From NCBI RefSeq assembly GCF_009914755.1, contig NC_060943.1: a DNA stretch of 64,000 nucleotides; one strand, written 5' to 3'. This stretch comes from the human T2T-CHM13v2.0 reference genome, Homo sapiens. Shown piece by piece: positions 1 to 36,582 of the stretch. The translations under genes and the position numbers were made by a program. The notes under the pieces were generated by a model, which made no database searches, was not told where the DNA came from, and worked only from the letters and a program-made list of their open reading frames with translations. Every line of letters begins with the position of its first letter. The first letter of the stretch is position 1.

Positions 1-237
1 CGCCATCTCAGCTCACTGCAACCTCGGCCTCCTGGGTTCAAGCAAATCTGCCTCAGCCTCCCGAGTAGCTGGGACTACAGTTGCGCACCACCACGCCCAG
101 CTAATTTTTGTATTTTTAGTAGAGACGGGGTTTTACCATGTTGGCCAGGCTGGTCTCAAACTCCTGGCCTCAAGCGATCCATCAGCCTCAGCCTCCCAAA
201 GTGCTGGGATTACAGGCGTGAGCCACTGCGCCTGGCT
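1..237 (-). mobile_element. Alu (partial, cut by window edge)
   Basis: Antisense Alu consensus. Confidence 0.9.
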
Positions 238-568
238 GTATCTAGTCATCTTTAAAGACCCTCCCATCTCTGAGAACCCATGAAACTGCGCAGTCCTCTG
301 GACTGGAGCTGGGGTGTGTCAAAGGCAAATCTTTGCCTGCCTTCTCAGAACACCATATTCAGAGAAGGCCATTCAGGACAGATTTGTCAGGCTGTTCCGA
401 ATGCCCAGGTCTGGGATGAGATGGCCTATCCATGGAGGATTTTTATTTTTTCGAGACAGGGTCTCACTCTGTTGCTCAGGCTGGAGTGCAGTGGTGTGAT
501 CTTGGCTCACCACAGCCTCTGCTTCCTGGGTTCAAGTGATCCTCCTGCGTCTGCCTCCCAAGTAGCTG

Positions 569-1694
<1,126 letters not shown>

Positions 1695-1729
1695 TAGCCG
1701 AAGTCCCAGTCCTAAAGCCTAAGAGACCC

Positions 1730-8212
<6,483 letters not shown>

Positions 8213-8679
8213 CTCCGCATAGGAGGCGCAGGGCCTGCCTGAGACAGGCCTGTTCTCTGGTCGTGCTGTGAGTGGCTCAGGGCTCTTGGCAGAAGGGGAA
8301 GCCGAAGGCGGAAGCTGAGCCCTGGGGCCTGATGCATGAAATGAGCTTCAGACGCTGAGCTCACAGAACTCCTTTGCCTTCCCCCACACTCTCCGGCCCA
8401 CCTTGCCCAGTTGTCCTCTGGGTCTCCTGGGGGCCCAGCCTGGCCTTGGGCTTGTTGAGCTGGTCCTTCCAGAGCTCCCTGTGTAGGAGGAGAGGGCAGG
8501 CTTGTGTCTATCCTGGGGGCCTGGCTGGGGGTGGGGTAGTGGGGTGGGGGCTCTCCCTCTGGGCCCTGGGTCATCGGAAAAGCAGAAGTGAGAAGTCCAC
8601 AGTGAGCTACCCTTATCTGGGCCACTGGTGGTGGAGGTGGTGGGTACAGGGGAAGGGACCGTTACTGGAGGGGGCTGGT

Positions 8680-9191
8680 CTTGTCAGGTAAAATGCAGGA
8701 CGCCTGGTTAAAGCTTTCACAGACAATATAAAGTATTTTATTTTATGTTTTTTGGTATAAGTATGTCCGAAATGCTGCATGGGATATACTTATACCAGAA
8801 AGCAAAATAAATTTATCTGAAATTCAAATTAATTAATTAATTAATTATATTTTGAGACAGAGTCTCACTCTGTCACCCAGGCTGCAGTGCAGTGGTGCAA
8901 TCTCTGCTTACTGCAACCTCCACCTCCCAGGCTGAAGTGATTCTCCTGCCTCAGCCTCCTGAGTCTGGGCTTACAGGCACGCACCACCACGCCAAGCTAA
9001 TTTTTGTATTTTTAGTAGAGGTGGGGTTTCACCATGTTGGCAGGGCTGGTTTTGAACTCCTGACCTCAAATGATCCACCTGCCTTGACCTCCCAAAGTGC
9101 TGAGATTACAGGTGTGAACCACCGCACCTGGCCTAAAATTCAAATTTAACTGAGCATGTTGAATTTCTTTTTTTCTAAATCTGGCCACCGT
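8680..9191. mobile_element. MER53-like palindromic hAT MITE interrupted by an Alu (~8848-9133, -)
   Basis: Palindromic core tataagtatgtcc..gggatatacttata; end taaatctggccacc; Alu TSD aaattcaaatt. Confidence 0.75.
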
Positions 9192-9676
9192 AGGGTGGTG
9201 TCAGCTCCACCTCTTCATGCTTCCTGGTGAGCTCACTGACCCTTGGTCCCCAGAAGCAGTCTCCTGCCCCAACCAGGCCCTAGTCCACTTCCCAGTCTCC
9301 CTTCCTCCTCTGTCATTCAATTGGGACACCCATTGGGATTAGAACACATATGTCCAAAGCTAATGCTGATGGGAAGAGTTTGAGGAAGGCGGGAGTGAGG
9401 GGCAGAGTGGGGGGAACAGACTAGGGAAGGGGTAATTTGCAATGAATGGAGTAAACTCTACAAGATGTTTTCCCCTCACTGAGCTCTTCCTGAAATGACT
9501 CTGTTTGGGTCACACCGAAACACAGAACTCATCCTTCAACCTCCACATACCTTGGGTATCAAGCACTGAGCTTTAGGGGGACTTGGAGGTGAATCCTCCA
9601 TGGTGAGTCAGCTCCAGGGCCCCAGGTTAGCAAATGAAGATTCTTAGAAACAAAGTACAGAAGGTCCCCTAAATGA

Positions 9677-11150
<1,474 letters not shown>

Positions 11151-11161
11151 ACCTCTCCCCA

Positions 11162-11687
<526 letters not shown>

Positions 11688-11929
11688 TAATCTGGGCCTT
11701 CTCTGAGGACACCAGCCTCCTTCCCGCAGGGGAGCTCTTGTGGTGGGACACATCACACCTTCCTCTCCACAGAGCTCAGAAAAGGGCCTCTCCCAGGGAG
11801 GAGTGAGGGGAGGAAAGGTGCCTGGGTCCTGGTGGAGGTGGGTCCCTAAGGAGCTGATGATCTCTAGGGCCCCCAGCCTGGGCCCAGCCCCACCTCTGCC
11901 TTTGAACATTTCACACCCATGGGATCAGC

Positions 11930-13321
<1,392 letters not shown>

Positions 13322-13975
13322 AATATTCACACTCTTTACAGCGTTATTCCCAAATGACTTCCACCCAGGCACATTAAGCATGTGATGTCCACATAAGAAA
13401 ATGCGCTCCTGGGGGCTTTTCAGGTCATTCATCTTTGCTTTGTCTGGATTGGGGTCGTGTATATTTCAGGGGCTCTTAGCTGGGCCTCCGTCCTTTCCTT
13501 TTCAAGTCAGAATAACACGTTGCAGGGCAAGAAGAGTGAAATATCACTAGAGGATAGACTTGGATTCACCCTAATTTCTAGTGAAGGAAAAATTTTGCAA
13601 GTGCAACACTTTATTGTCAGATATAATAGTGACTTACTGGTGTGTGAGTGTGATATGACACTCACTTCAAGCATTAGTTTTCCAAAATAAGATTCAACTC
13701 CTTATGTCAAACCCCTAAGTTGTCTGTGATCTGACACCTGTTACATATGTGCATTTCAGATATTTTCCCCCATCTGTTAACTTTTCTTTTACTCTCCTGT
13801 TATTTACAGAACAGCAGGACTCTTGCTCCCCAAAACATGAGTTACCCATGAAATGATCCCCTACTGTGGATGGAAAAGAAGAGCCAAGAAGATAAAAATA
13901 GCCCTGGAATAAAGAGAACACTAGGTCCATCACAGGAGAGGGTGAAAGGTAAAGAGCCTTAAAAAGGCCAACCTA

Positions 13976-16269
<2,294 letters not shown>

Positions 16270-16636
16270 TCAATAAACATGGAGTTTATACCAACATATT
16301 ATGGGGATGAATTCGTGGCCTATCAAAATCACATTAAAGTAAGCATGGAGAACAAGATATTGCATGGATTATAACTCAAATCAGTGATAACACATATCAG
16401 TCTATTTCCTCTCCTGCCTTCCCAACCATTCCTATAGAGCCATAAGGAAGAGGTGTGGAAAACAGAGGTGAGGGGTGGAGAGAGGTTGTTCTGCCCAGGA
16501 GGTGGGACCGAGGCACCCAGGCGCTCCTTGCTCCAGCCATCTGCAGAGTGAGAGTCTTAGGACACATGGTCTGAAGGACCCTCACCTCCACTGGGGACCT
16601 GGAGCCCAGACCTCAGCTCTGCTGTGAGGAGGGAGC

Positions 16637-17307
16637 TCAGTCACCGCAAGCAGCCGTATCCCCTTGGGAGCCCGTGAGCCTGTGTGGGAAACACAGTTCT
16701 GAGAGGAGAGACCAGTGCTGTGGAAGGTGTGCTCTGGGGAGGAGAGGATAGGTGAAGCCACTCAGGGATTTGAGGGCTCAAGTTATAGAACAACTTGAGA
16801 AGGGCTTCTCCCCTGTGCAGACATCCAGGTGATGTCACAGGTTAAAAGAAAGCCATCCCCATTATGGCTCCCCTGAGCAGGGTGAGGGGCAGAAGCCAGG
16901 AGCCCCACTGCTCTCCAGAAATTTGAGAGCAGGAACAGGCGGTACGGGGAGGGGGCTGGGGGAAGGAAGACAGAGGTGGGGGTGTCCTCAGCCCACTCTT
17001 CCCTTGCCTAAGGCGCCCCCACCAGAATCAGGTGTTCTGCTAACACTCACCCCGCACAGCCAGGCTCAGGGAGATGGGGTGGGAGCCCAGCAGGGCCTGA
17101 GCCCAGCAGGTGAATTCTCTTCCATCCCCTAAAACCACCTGGGGCAGCTCCAGGACCCGGGGATGCAAGGGTTGGCAGGGGCTCAGGATCAGGCTGCCCT
17201 GGGACCAGCTCAGGCTGGCAGAAGGGCTGCTGTCAGCATCACAGACCAGGTGCAGGGACTGCCCTCCTGCACCAGCAGAGAGGCAGCATTGCCCAGAATC
17301 TATGGGA
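16637..17307 (-). pseudogene. Relic 3' half of an activating SIGLEC14-type Siglec: C2 exon 17051-17307, Arg-containing TM exon ~16813-16955, short tail exon 16637-16679
   Basis: C2 exon reads VP*ILGNAASLLVQEG/SLHLVCDADSSPSASLSW...EFTCWAQALLGSHPISLSLAVR (stop and frameshift); TM exon reads EQWGSWLLPLTLLRGAIMG/GFLLTCDITW; tail RLTGSQGDTAACGD*. Confidence 0.85.
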
Positions 17308-18299
17308 CTAGGGAAACCGAGAGAGCTGGAGGGGAGGGCTGAGAGGCCCTTCTCTCCCTGCGCCTTCCCCCAGACTCAGGAGAGGAAACTGCGTTTCTGA
17401 GACAAGCATCACAAGCAAGGGCAAGTAGGGGCGAAGACCCCCAGCATGCAGGGGTCGGGAGGCTCCTTAATGGTCCCGGGACAGGGGCATGGAAACATGC
17501 GGAGGACTTGGCCGTATCGGGACACGGAGAGAACGTCCCAGGACGACCGGCCTTGATGTGCAAAACCGTGGAGGGCGCTAACCCTCGTGGTTCTGGCCAC
17601 TTGGAGGAACCAAGACAGGTGACACACTTGGGCTTTCTCCAGGAGCCACAGGAGCCAGGGGAGGAGCTGAGTAGGGATGTGACTGGGAAAGATTTGGTTA
17701 AAGAGAGACTCCTCTTTGGGGCCCGAATTGTGGTCATTGAAGGGAGCAAGACCGGAGGCTGCTAGGCCAGGAGGGAGGCTGCTGCAGGTCCAGGCATCAC
17801 CCGGGTCCAGGTAAGCAAAGTTAGACTTTGGCTAAGTGGGACTGTGGCTGTGAGAATGGAGGAAGGGAGGGATTTGAGACATTTTCCAGTAGCCAAGTTT
17901 GTGGAGCTCTTGCCTCATGGGAAGACTTCGGTGAAATTCTGAGATGTGTAAAGAACTTTCCAGGACATTGACTGAGCTGACTCACATGGGTGGGGGCGCC
18001 TCTCAAGGGGAAGTGATTTGTGCTCAGAACAAGCTGCACCAGACAGAAATTTGTGGGCATCTTCCCGGCAGAGGTAGGGCTAGGATACAAACTTCCTGAA
18101 AGGGTCATGCAGAGGGAGGCTGGAGGCCTGGGGCGCCACTTTGAGCTAGTAGCCATAGCTGGGGTAAAGTCATTCCAACAAGGATCATTGTTGCCTATTC
18201 CATTCATTAATTCCACATTTCCTGGACCCCATTTATTTCTTCTTTGTTCACCATTTACATAAATATTGACTAATGACAATGCCTAGACCTGATTAGATG

Positions 18300-19650
<1,351 letters not shown>

Positions 19651-20229
19651 GTGAGGACTAATTGCACTGCTTCCTCCCCAGATCCTACAATAAACTCAAT
19701 GCTATTCTTTCCATTTTATGTAAAAGGACATTAGGGCTGAGGAATTACGGATAATCTCTCTGAGTTGGCGCACGTGGTGGTGATGGATTGAGGATCCAAA
19801 TAAAGAGTCAAAAAATTATGGAATTCAATGGAGGGCCCCTGAGGCCTGGGCAGGGCAGGTGTGGCTACAGAAAGAGCCCCTGGAAGATGCCTGCCTGACC
19901 CTGATCCAGGTTACTCTCCGGTGCAGGGAGCAGACAATAAACCATGAACATAATTATGCAGCTGCGAGTTATTAAGCTTGATGGAGGGGAGCCGGTGCAG
20001 TGAGAGAAACAAGGTCCCAACACAATGCAGCCTCTGGGGTCCAGGAGCCCCACTGTTGTGGGGAAATGGGGTCTGGATCCCACGGTAAAGGGACGTCCAT
20101 AGGAATAAGCGGGGAGGCTGACACAGCCGGGTTCTCAGGTGCGTCTTCCTCATTGGATTCTCCTGGGGCTCTGTCCTGTGAACTTCTCTTCTCTACCTGC
20201 AATCAGCTCTTACCCTTTCAAATACCTTT

Positions 20230-25360
<5,131 letters not shown>

Positions 25361-25389
25361 TCACATGGACAGCTCAGCAAGCTGAATAA

Positions 25390-25811
<422 letters not shown>

Positions 25812-26040
25812 TAGTCTGGGCTGCCATAGCAAAATACTATAAATTAAGCCTCCTATAAACAACAGAAATTTATTTCTCACAATTCTGGAGGTTAGAAGTC
25901 CAAGGTTAGAAGATCAAGTTGTCAGATGATTTGTTTTCTTGTGAGGCTCTGTTTCCTGGCTTGTAGATGCCACCTTCTCACTGTGTCCTCACATGGTTGA
26001 GAGACAGCAAGTTCTGTGGGGTCTCTGCTTATAAGGGCAC

Positions 26041-26381
26041 TGTATTAGTCCGTTTTCACACTGCTGGTAATGACATACCTGAGACTGGGCAATTTACCAA
26101 AGAAAGAGGTTTAATGGACTTACAGTTCCACGTGGCCGGAGAAGCCTCACAATCATGGCAGAAGGTGAAAGTCATGTCTCATATGGCGGCAGACAAGAGA
26201 TGAGCTTGTGCAGGGAAACTCCCCTTTTTAAAACCATCAATCTTGTGAGAATTATTCACTATCATGAGAACAGCACAGGAAAGACCTGCCTCCATGATTC
26301 AATTACCAGCCGCAATGTCCCTCCCACAACACGTGGAAATTCATGATGAGATTTGGGTGGGGACACAGCCAAACCATATCA
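26041..26381 (-). mobile_element. THE1 LTR nested in an MLT1 LTR (~25804-26527)
   Basis: THE1 termini tgtattagtc..ccaaaccatatca; 5-bp TSD ggcac. Confidence 0.88.
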
Positions 26382-27549
26382 GGCACTAATTCCATAGTGG
26401 GTCCCCACCCTCATGACCCCATGTAACATAATTACCTACAAAAAGCCCCATCTCCAAATACATCACATTGGTGGTTAGGGCTTCAACATATGAATTTTGG
26501 GGGAACATAAACATGCAGTTCATAACAGGCATTTTACTGAAACCTTGTCATCTCCCATGCCATGAGTTTAGATCAACAAATAATCATGCGGAAAAAAAAT
26601 CTATATAGAAATTTCTTACAGCAAAGCCTCTGCTCATTTTTTCGATAATCTCATTTTTTTAAATTGCAAGGAACAGAAATGAAAACCGATAGCTTAATCT
26701 GGAAAAGAAGGGTTTTATTAAAAAAACACGTTTGCTTAATTTTTGGCCCAGGCAGTGGGGAATCTGGGAACATCTCCTAACTCAAGGTCAAGATCAGCAC
26801 ATCACTGATATCCAATGTGACCCTCAGGGTGCTGTTTCTTGCTCTCCGCATGGTGGGCTGCAGGTGCCTGAGCCATCTTCATTCTCTGGCTAGCAATGTT
26901 CGTGCAATGTGAGGTCTCCCCAGCTCAAGGCTCATGCCGTTCCTGCAGCTGAAAGGGAGAGCAACACCTCCATCCTGTAAGCTCCAACAGCATCTTCCCG
27001 ACAGCCACGAGGAGCCACATCCAGTTCTTTCCTCCATGTTTTTATGAGCGAATAGGTTGACTGGAGTTTGAACTTCTGGGTTCAAACCCTCAGAAGTTCA
27101 AGGTTCAATCCCCCATTGACCTATTCCCACACTCGATATCCATGATAAGAATGATTCTCAGGGTACATTGGGCTTGTTGACAAAGAAAGGAGGATTTTTT
27201 ATAAGAATTTCCATCTCTGACTTTTGTCCAACAATTAGATTCTATTCCTTGTTTCTAAATGAAAATATGAAGAAACACATCCTTTCGGAACTAAAATAAA
27301 TAACACTTTGAAGTTGAAACAGAGAAAATATGAGGCTGCACATGGAATTAGTAGGAAATTATGCTCTCATTTGAGGTTATTCTGATTTCGCCAAGGAAGA
27401 TTTAAGCTCAAAAGGTAAGGTGGACAGGGAATCACCCCATGGTGAGACACATAGGGATATTCGGGCATAGAGTACAAGCTAATTAAGCTTGATATGTACG
27501 AGGAATTTCTCTTAGTAATCAATGAGAATGTGAAGTGTACAGAAAATAA

Positions 27550-28481
<932 letters not shown>

Positions 28482-29040
28482 CCAGGACAGGTTTTCTAAG
28501 GCTCATGGCCCTTGGCCATTTGCTGCATGATCTCCATCTCCATAGGGCTTTGTAGCAGCTCTCATTGCCTCTCCCACAATTCATGCATCAGGCAATGCCC
28601 AGGAACCACAAGAGTATAATTAATATTCACATTCAAAATCATAGTTGTTTCTATTCAATGTTATAGCATGCATTTTTTTTTTTTTTTGGCTTTTAATGAA
28701 AAAAAGCATTGATTTCTGTTGTCTTGGAAATCAGAGGGGTAGACCTGGCTTCAACGGTGGCTGGATTTCAGGGTCCGATGATATAAGGGCTCATCTCTCT
28801 GTTTGCTTTTGGCTCTTGTTCTTGTTTGTTGTTGCTGCTGTGGTTGTTCATTTATTCTGCCTGATTTTTGTTCTCAGGCTAATAAATGTAGGAGCTCTGA
28901 TGTCCACTTTGCAGATGAGGACGCTGAGGCATACAGAGATCAAGTAATTTCCCTTCTGAGGCAGAGTCCGTGGACTTCCCACAGCCCCATGACACCCCCT
29001 TATGGCTGTGTATCCAACTCAACATTCCCTGCCCTGATCA

Positions 29041-29059
29041 GGGCGCCCCCTGCTGCTCA
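29041..29059 (-). promoter_or_regulatory. CTCF-like motif
   Basis: - strand GAGCAGCAGGGGGCGCCC. Confidence 0.45.
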
Positions 29060-29182
29060 CCCAGAGATTTGCCAGGATCCCTGCACCAATCTCCTCCACC
29101 CTTTTTGACTCCCAAATGCTTCTTGACACCTGACTCCCACCCTGTCACTCAGAGACTAACCTATGTCAAGATTTACAAACTC

Positions 29183-29520
29183 CCCGGGTGCGGTGGCTCA
29201 CGCCTGTAATCCCAGCACTTTGGGAGCCCGAGGCGGGCGGATCACCTGAGGTCAGGAGTTCGAGACGAGCCTGGCCAACATAGGGAAACCCCCATCTCTA
29301 CTAAAAATACAAAAAGTAGCTGGGCGTTGTGGCAGGCGCCTGCAATCCCAGCTATTTTGGGAGGCTGAGGCGACAGAATCGCTTGAACCTGAGAGTCAGA
29401 GGTTGCAGTGAGCCGAGATCGCGCCATTGCACTCCAGCCTGGACAACGAGAGAGAAACTCTGTCTCAAAAAAGAAGAAGAAAAAAAAAAAAACTAAACAA
29501 ACAAAAAACAAACCCCCAAA
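29183..29520 (+). mobile_element. Alu
   Basis: Alu consensus; TSD aagatttacaa. Confidence 0.9.
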
Positions 29521-29745
29521 AACAAAGATTTACAATCTTACCAAACAGGAATGGTAACTACAGGAAGTAGTTACTATCTGAGGTTATTGGTAATGTTATT
29601 GCTATTGTTAATGTCACTTTTTTTTCCCACTCCCATTTTCTCTGGAAGCCGTTTGGGAGGTCCTGCCTCTCACCTTCTCTATCCACTTCTTACTCCTACC
29701 AGAGGTTGTAGACAAAGATGAGGGTTGATGCATTGTGCAACTCTG

Positions 29746-29764
29746 TGGCTCCCCCTAGTGATAT
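29746..29764 (-). promoter_or_regulatory. CTCF-like motif (paralogue of 63728-63746)
   Basis: - strand ATATCACTAGGGGGAGCCA. Confidence 0.4.
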
Positions 29765-30512
29765 GATACATTTGGGGTGATGGGGTTTGCCTAGACAGGG
29801 CCCCAAGGATGCTGGTAGGGAGCAGGTAGGGAACCCCACCTTGTGTACAGCTCCTCAAAAATCCCAGGTTAACATTCCATTTGGTCTCCAGGCCTGATAA
29901 ATGGGGAGGAGTGGCTGTTCATTAGTGTGCACTCTGGCTGCACCGGGCAGGACTTTGCCCCGGGAGGGACTGTGACGTTCTGCTCTCTTGGTAAGAAGGT
30001 ACAAAGCTGGGCTCCAGAAATGGATTGAGAGCTCCTTGGGTCTGCTCCCCAGGCTGCCACCCGCCCCCAGGTGAGCCCTGGATACTGCTATTCCTGACTG
30101 AAGAGACAGGGTTTTGGACAAGGTGCTCCAGAAGGCCAGATTTCTCTCTGGGCAAGGTTCATGTGTTTCCCACACAAGTCTACTTCTGGGATTCTTCATG
30201 GATCTACAAATCGGACTAGGCAAAAGCTGTGCATGCTGCTGTGTATACAAAATAGTAAACCCTGATATAGACGATGGACTTTGGGTGCTAATAACGTATC
30301 AATGGAGGTTCATCAAGTATGACAAATGTACCACTCTGGTGGGAGATGCTGATAATAGAGGAGGTTATGCATGTGTGGGGGCAGGTGGTATATGGAGAAT
30401 CTCTGTACCTTCTGCTCAATCTGTGAACCTAAACTGCTCTAAAAATTATGTCTATCCCGTCATATGCTTCTGGGAAAAATTGTCTATATATATTTTTTAA
30501 ATGGAAAGAACT

Positions 30513-30858
<346 letters not shown>

Positions 30859-31463
30859 TCAAATTCAGTGGAATACTATGCAGCCATGAATAATTAACAG
30901 TAGTGGTGCAGAGCTGTGCTTCTCCAGTGGGGATCCAGGACCCAAGGGCAGGGCGTGAAAAGTGCTTCAGAGGAGCTAAAGGCAGAAGGTCCACTTTGCA
31001 TATCTTCTGGGGATGTCATTTATACTCAAATACTGAGTCAGGTCAATCAGACAACTTTAGTGACAATGAATGCATTATTTTCCCGTTGAAACTAACAGAA
31101 ACGTGTTTTTCCATAGGCCACAAACATTCATAGGGACTTTCAGAGTAAAACAGAAGACTTCAGAGATATTTTGTAATTATATCTAGATACAGAAGACTTG
31201 AGATATTTTGTAAATATATGCTAGACACTCAGAGCTGTATATTCACCTTCCTCTGATTAAATTTGCCCTTAATGTTTCAGAATTCCTAATAAAGGACATT
31301 TAAGAATATGATCCCACTTTGGTAAACATTATGTATATGTGCATGAGTGTATATAACACATCAAAACTGAAAAGAGAGGATGGCAGATTGCAGGCATTGT
31401 TAGCCGGCCTCTCCCACCTTGGAAAGATGAAACAGTGTATAAAGATTTATGTTGTGACCTTTT

Positions 31464-32186
31464 CACCAGGGACCAACACAGGAACTTAACAGGAAAACTG
31501 GAAGAAACCACAGACCTTTCTAAAGAAACGGTGGGCAGCAGCCTACACCACGAGCCAGACAGAAAACTGTGAGTCCCCACAGTGTGAGAAGGGGAGAGAC
31601 TGACTCAGGGATGTGCACTCCCACTGGGGTGCCACGCAGTCCAGGCCACAGGAGGGGGAAGCCCTCACCCTGCCCAGCACTGGAGCTGAGTTAGGGAGCG
31701 TTGGGGAGTAGATAAGGAGTCACATTGGGATGTGCTTGGCGTGCAGTCCTGGGCTCCAGCAGGGACAGAGGGAAGCCATTCCCGATGCTACCTCACAGGG
31801 GGCCTTGCAGAAGCCAGCTAGCTGACTCAGGAGGCGGTCACGGGTTGAGAGAAGCTCCCGACTGAGATCTGCAATGTCATCTTGAGTGGGGAAAGTAGAC
31901 TTGCCCGAAATCTAAGACTCATAGGTGTTCTTGAGGGAGAAGAAAAAGCAAAAAGTTGAGAAAATTCAATGATTGGAAAGATACAGAATCAACCTAAGTG
32001 CTCTTCAACCCGAAGGAAAGGCTACAAAAGAATACACATCCCTGAGTCAGTCTCTCCCCTTCTCACACTGTGGGGACTCACAGTTTTCTGCCTGGCTCGT
32101 GGTGTAGGCTGCTGCCCACCGCTTCTTTAGAAAGGTCTGTGGTTTCTTCCAGTTTTCCTGTGAAGTCTCTGTGTTGCTCCCTGGTG
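31464..32186. repeat. Inverted repeat, ~150-bp arms (31464-31615 / 32035-32186), in an old L1 5'UTR-like fragment
   Basis: Manual reverse-complement alignment; 2 mismatches in the inner ~127 bp. Confidence 0.9.
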
Positions 32187-32194
32187 CAGCTGCA

Positions 32195-32798
32195 GCGTAA
32201 GTAGGTTAGACAGGCGTTTCACAGCCTCCCTTACACAGCCTCCCTTAAAGGGAAACACATTTGCTAAATAGACGGAGAGAACAATCCGCCGGACAGCTCG
32301 CAAACCCCGACAGCGCATAAACCGCATCCTGGGCTCGTGGTCAAAACATCCTGTAGCAAGGAGGTAGAAGGGAAGAAGGGACAGTCCCCATATCCGTGCA
32401 AGTGCAGAAACCCATGCTTAGGTAGTGTCCTTGGGCTGACCTATGCTCATTATAATAGTGAAAACACACCCTCACGTGGAGACTTAAGGTGCTACTGAGA
32501 CAGCGATGTATATGCACTAGCATGTACAGCCATTGCGCATGCGGGCCTAACAGACCACCCAGAACACGCTTAAGAGCAACACCGTCCCACCCACGCATGA
32601 GTAATCACGGAAGATTCCCCTAAAGGGAGTTTCCCCAGCGTCAGTCAGCGCTGTCTCACCTTTGAGCAGCCGCTCTGACCAGCTGTTAAGAGTGCACGTT
32701 CACTTTGCAATTAACTCTCTTGCTTACTTTTACCTTGGACTCACTCTCGAATTCTTTTCTTGAGGCAAAGTCAAGAACCGGAACTGGCCCACCAGCCA
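32195..32798 (+). mobile_element. ERV1-class (MER4-group-like) LTR
   Basis: 3' motif ttggactcactctcgaattcttt..aagtcaagaacc; boundaries approximate. Confidence 0.6.
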
Positions 32799-33200
32799 TA
32801 GCAGGGGAGACTGTGTGTGCCGCGGTGCAGGCAGCACTCATGCCGGGAATGGTGAGGATGGCACCAGCTTGTCGGATTTTTTGTTGGCATTTGTGTTTGT
32901 TTCTCTACTCACCACCCAAGTGATAAAATAGGATCCTTGGTGTGGAACTTAGAATTATGCCAAAAAGCTAACAGTTCTCCTTTCTAGCCAGCTACAAAGC
33001 CAGACCATGCCCACCACTGCCATGCTTGCAAAACGGGTCACCACGGCCTGTAGGTGAGCAGTTGTGTAGGAGAAAAGAATCCAATTTTTTTGTGTGCTCT
33101 TTACTATTATGTAGACAGCTCCGTCTTCAGCCCACACTTTGGTTCCCTGTGGATTTCAGTTTGTGTCCTGTGTCTGAGGACAGCGGACTGAATACAGTGA

Positions 33201-33664
<464 letters not shown>

Positions 33665-33679
33665 CTGTTTTTCACTTTC

Positions 33680-36582
<2,903 letters not shown>

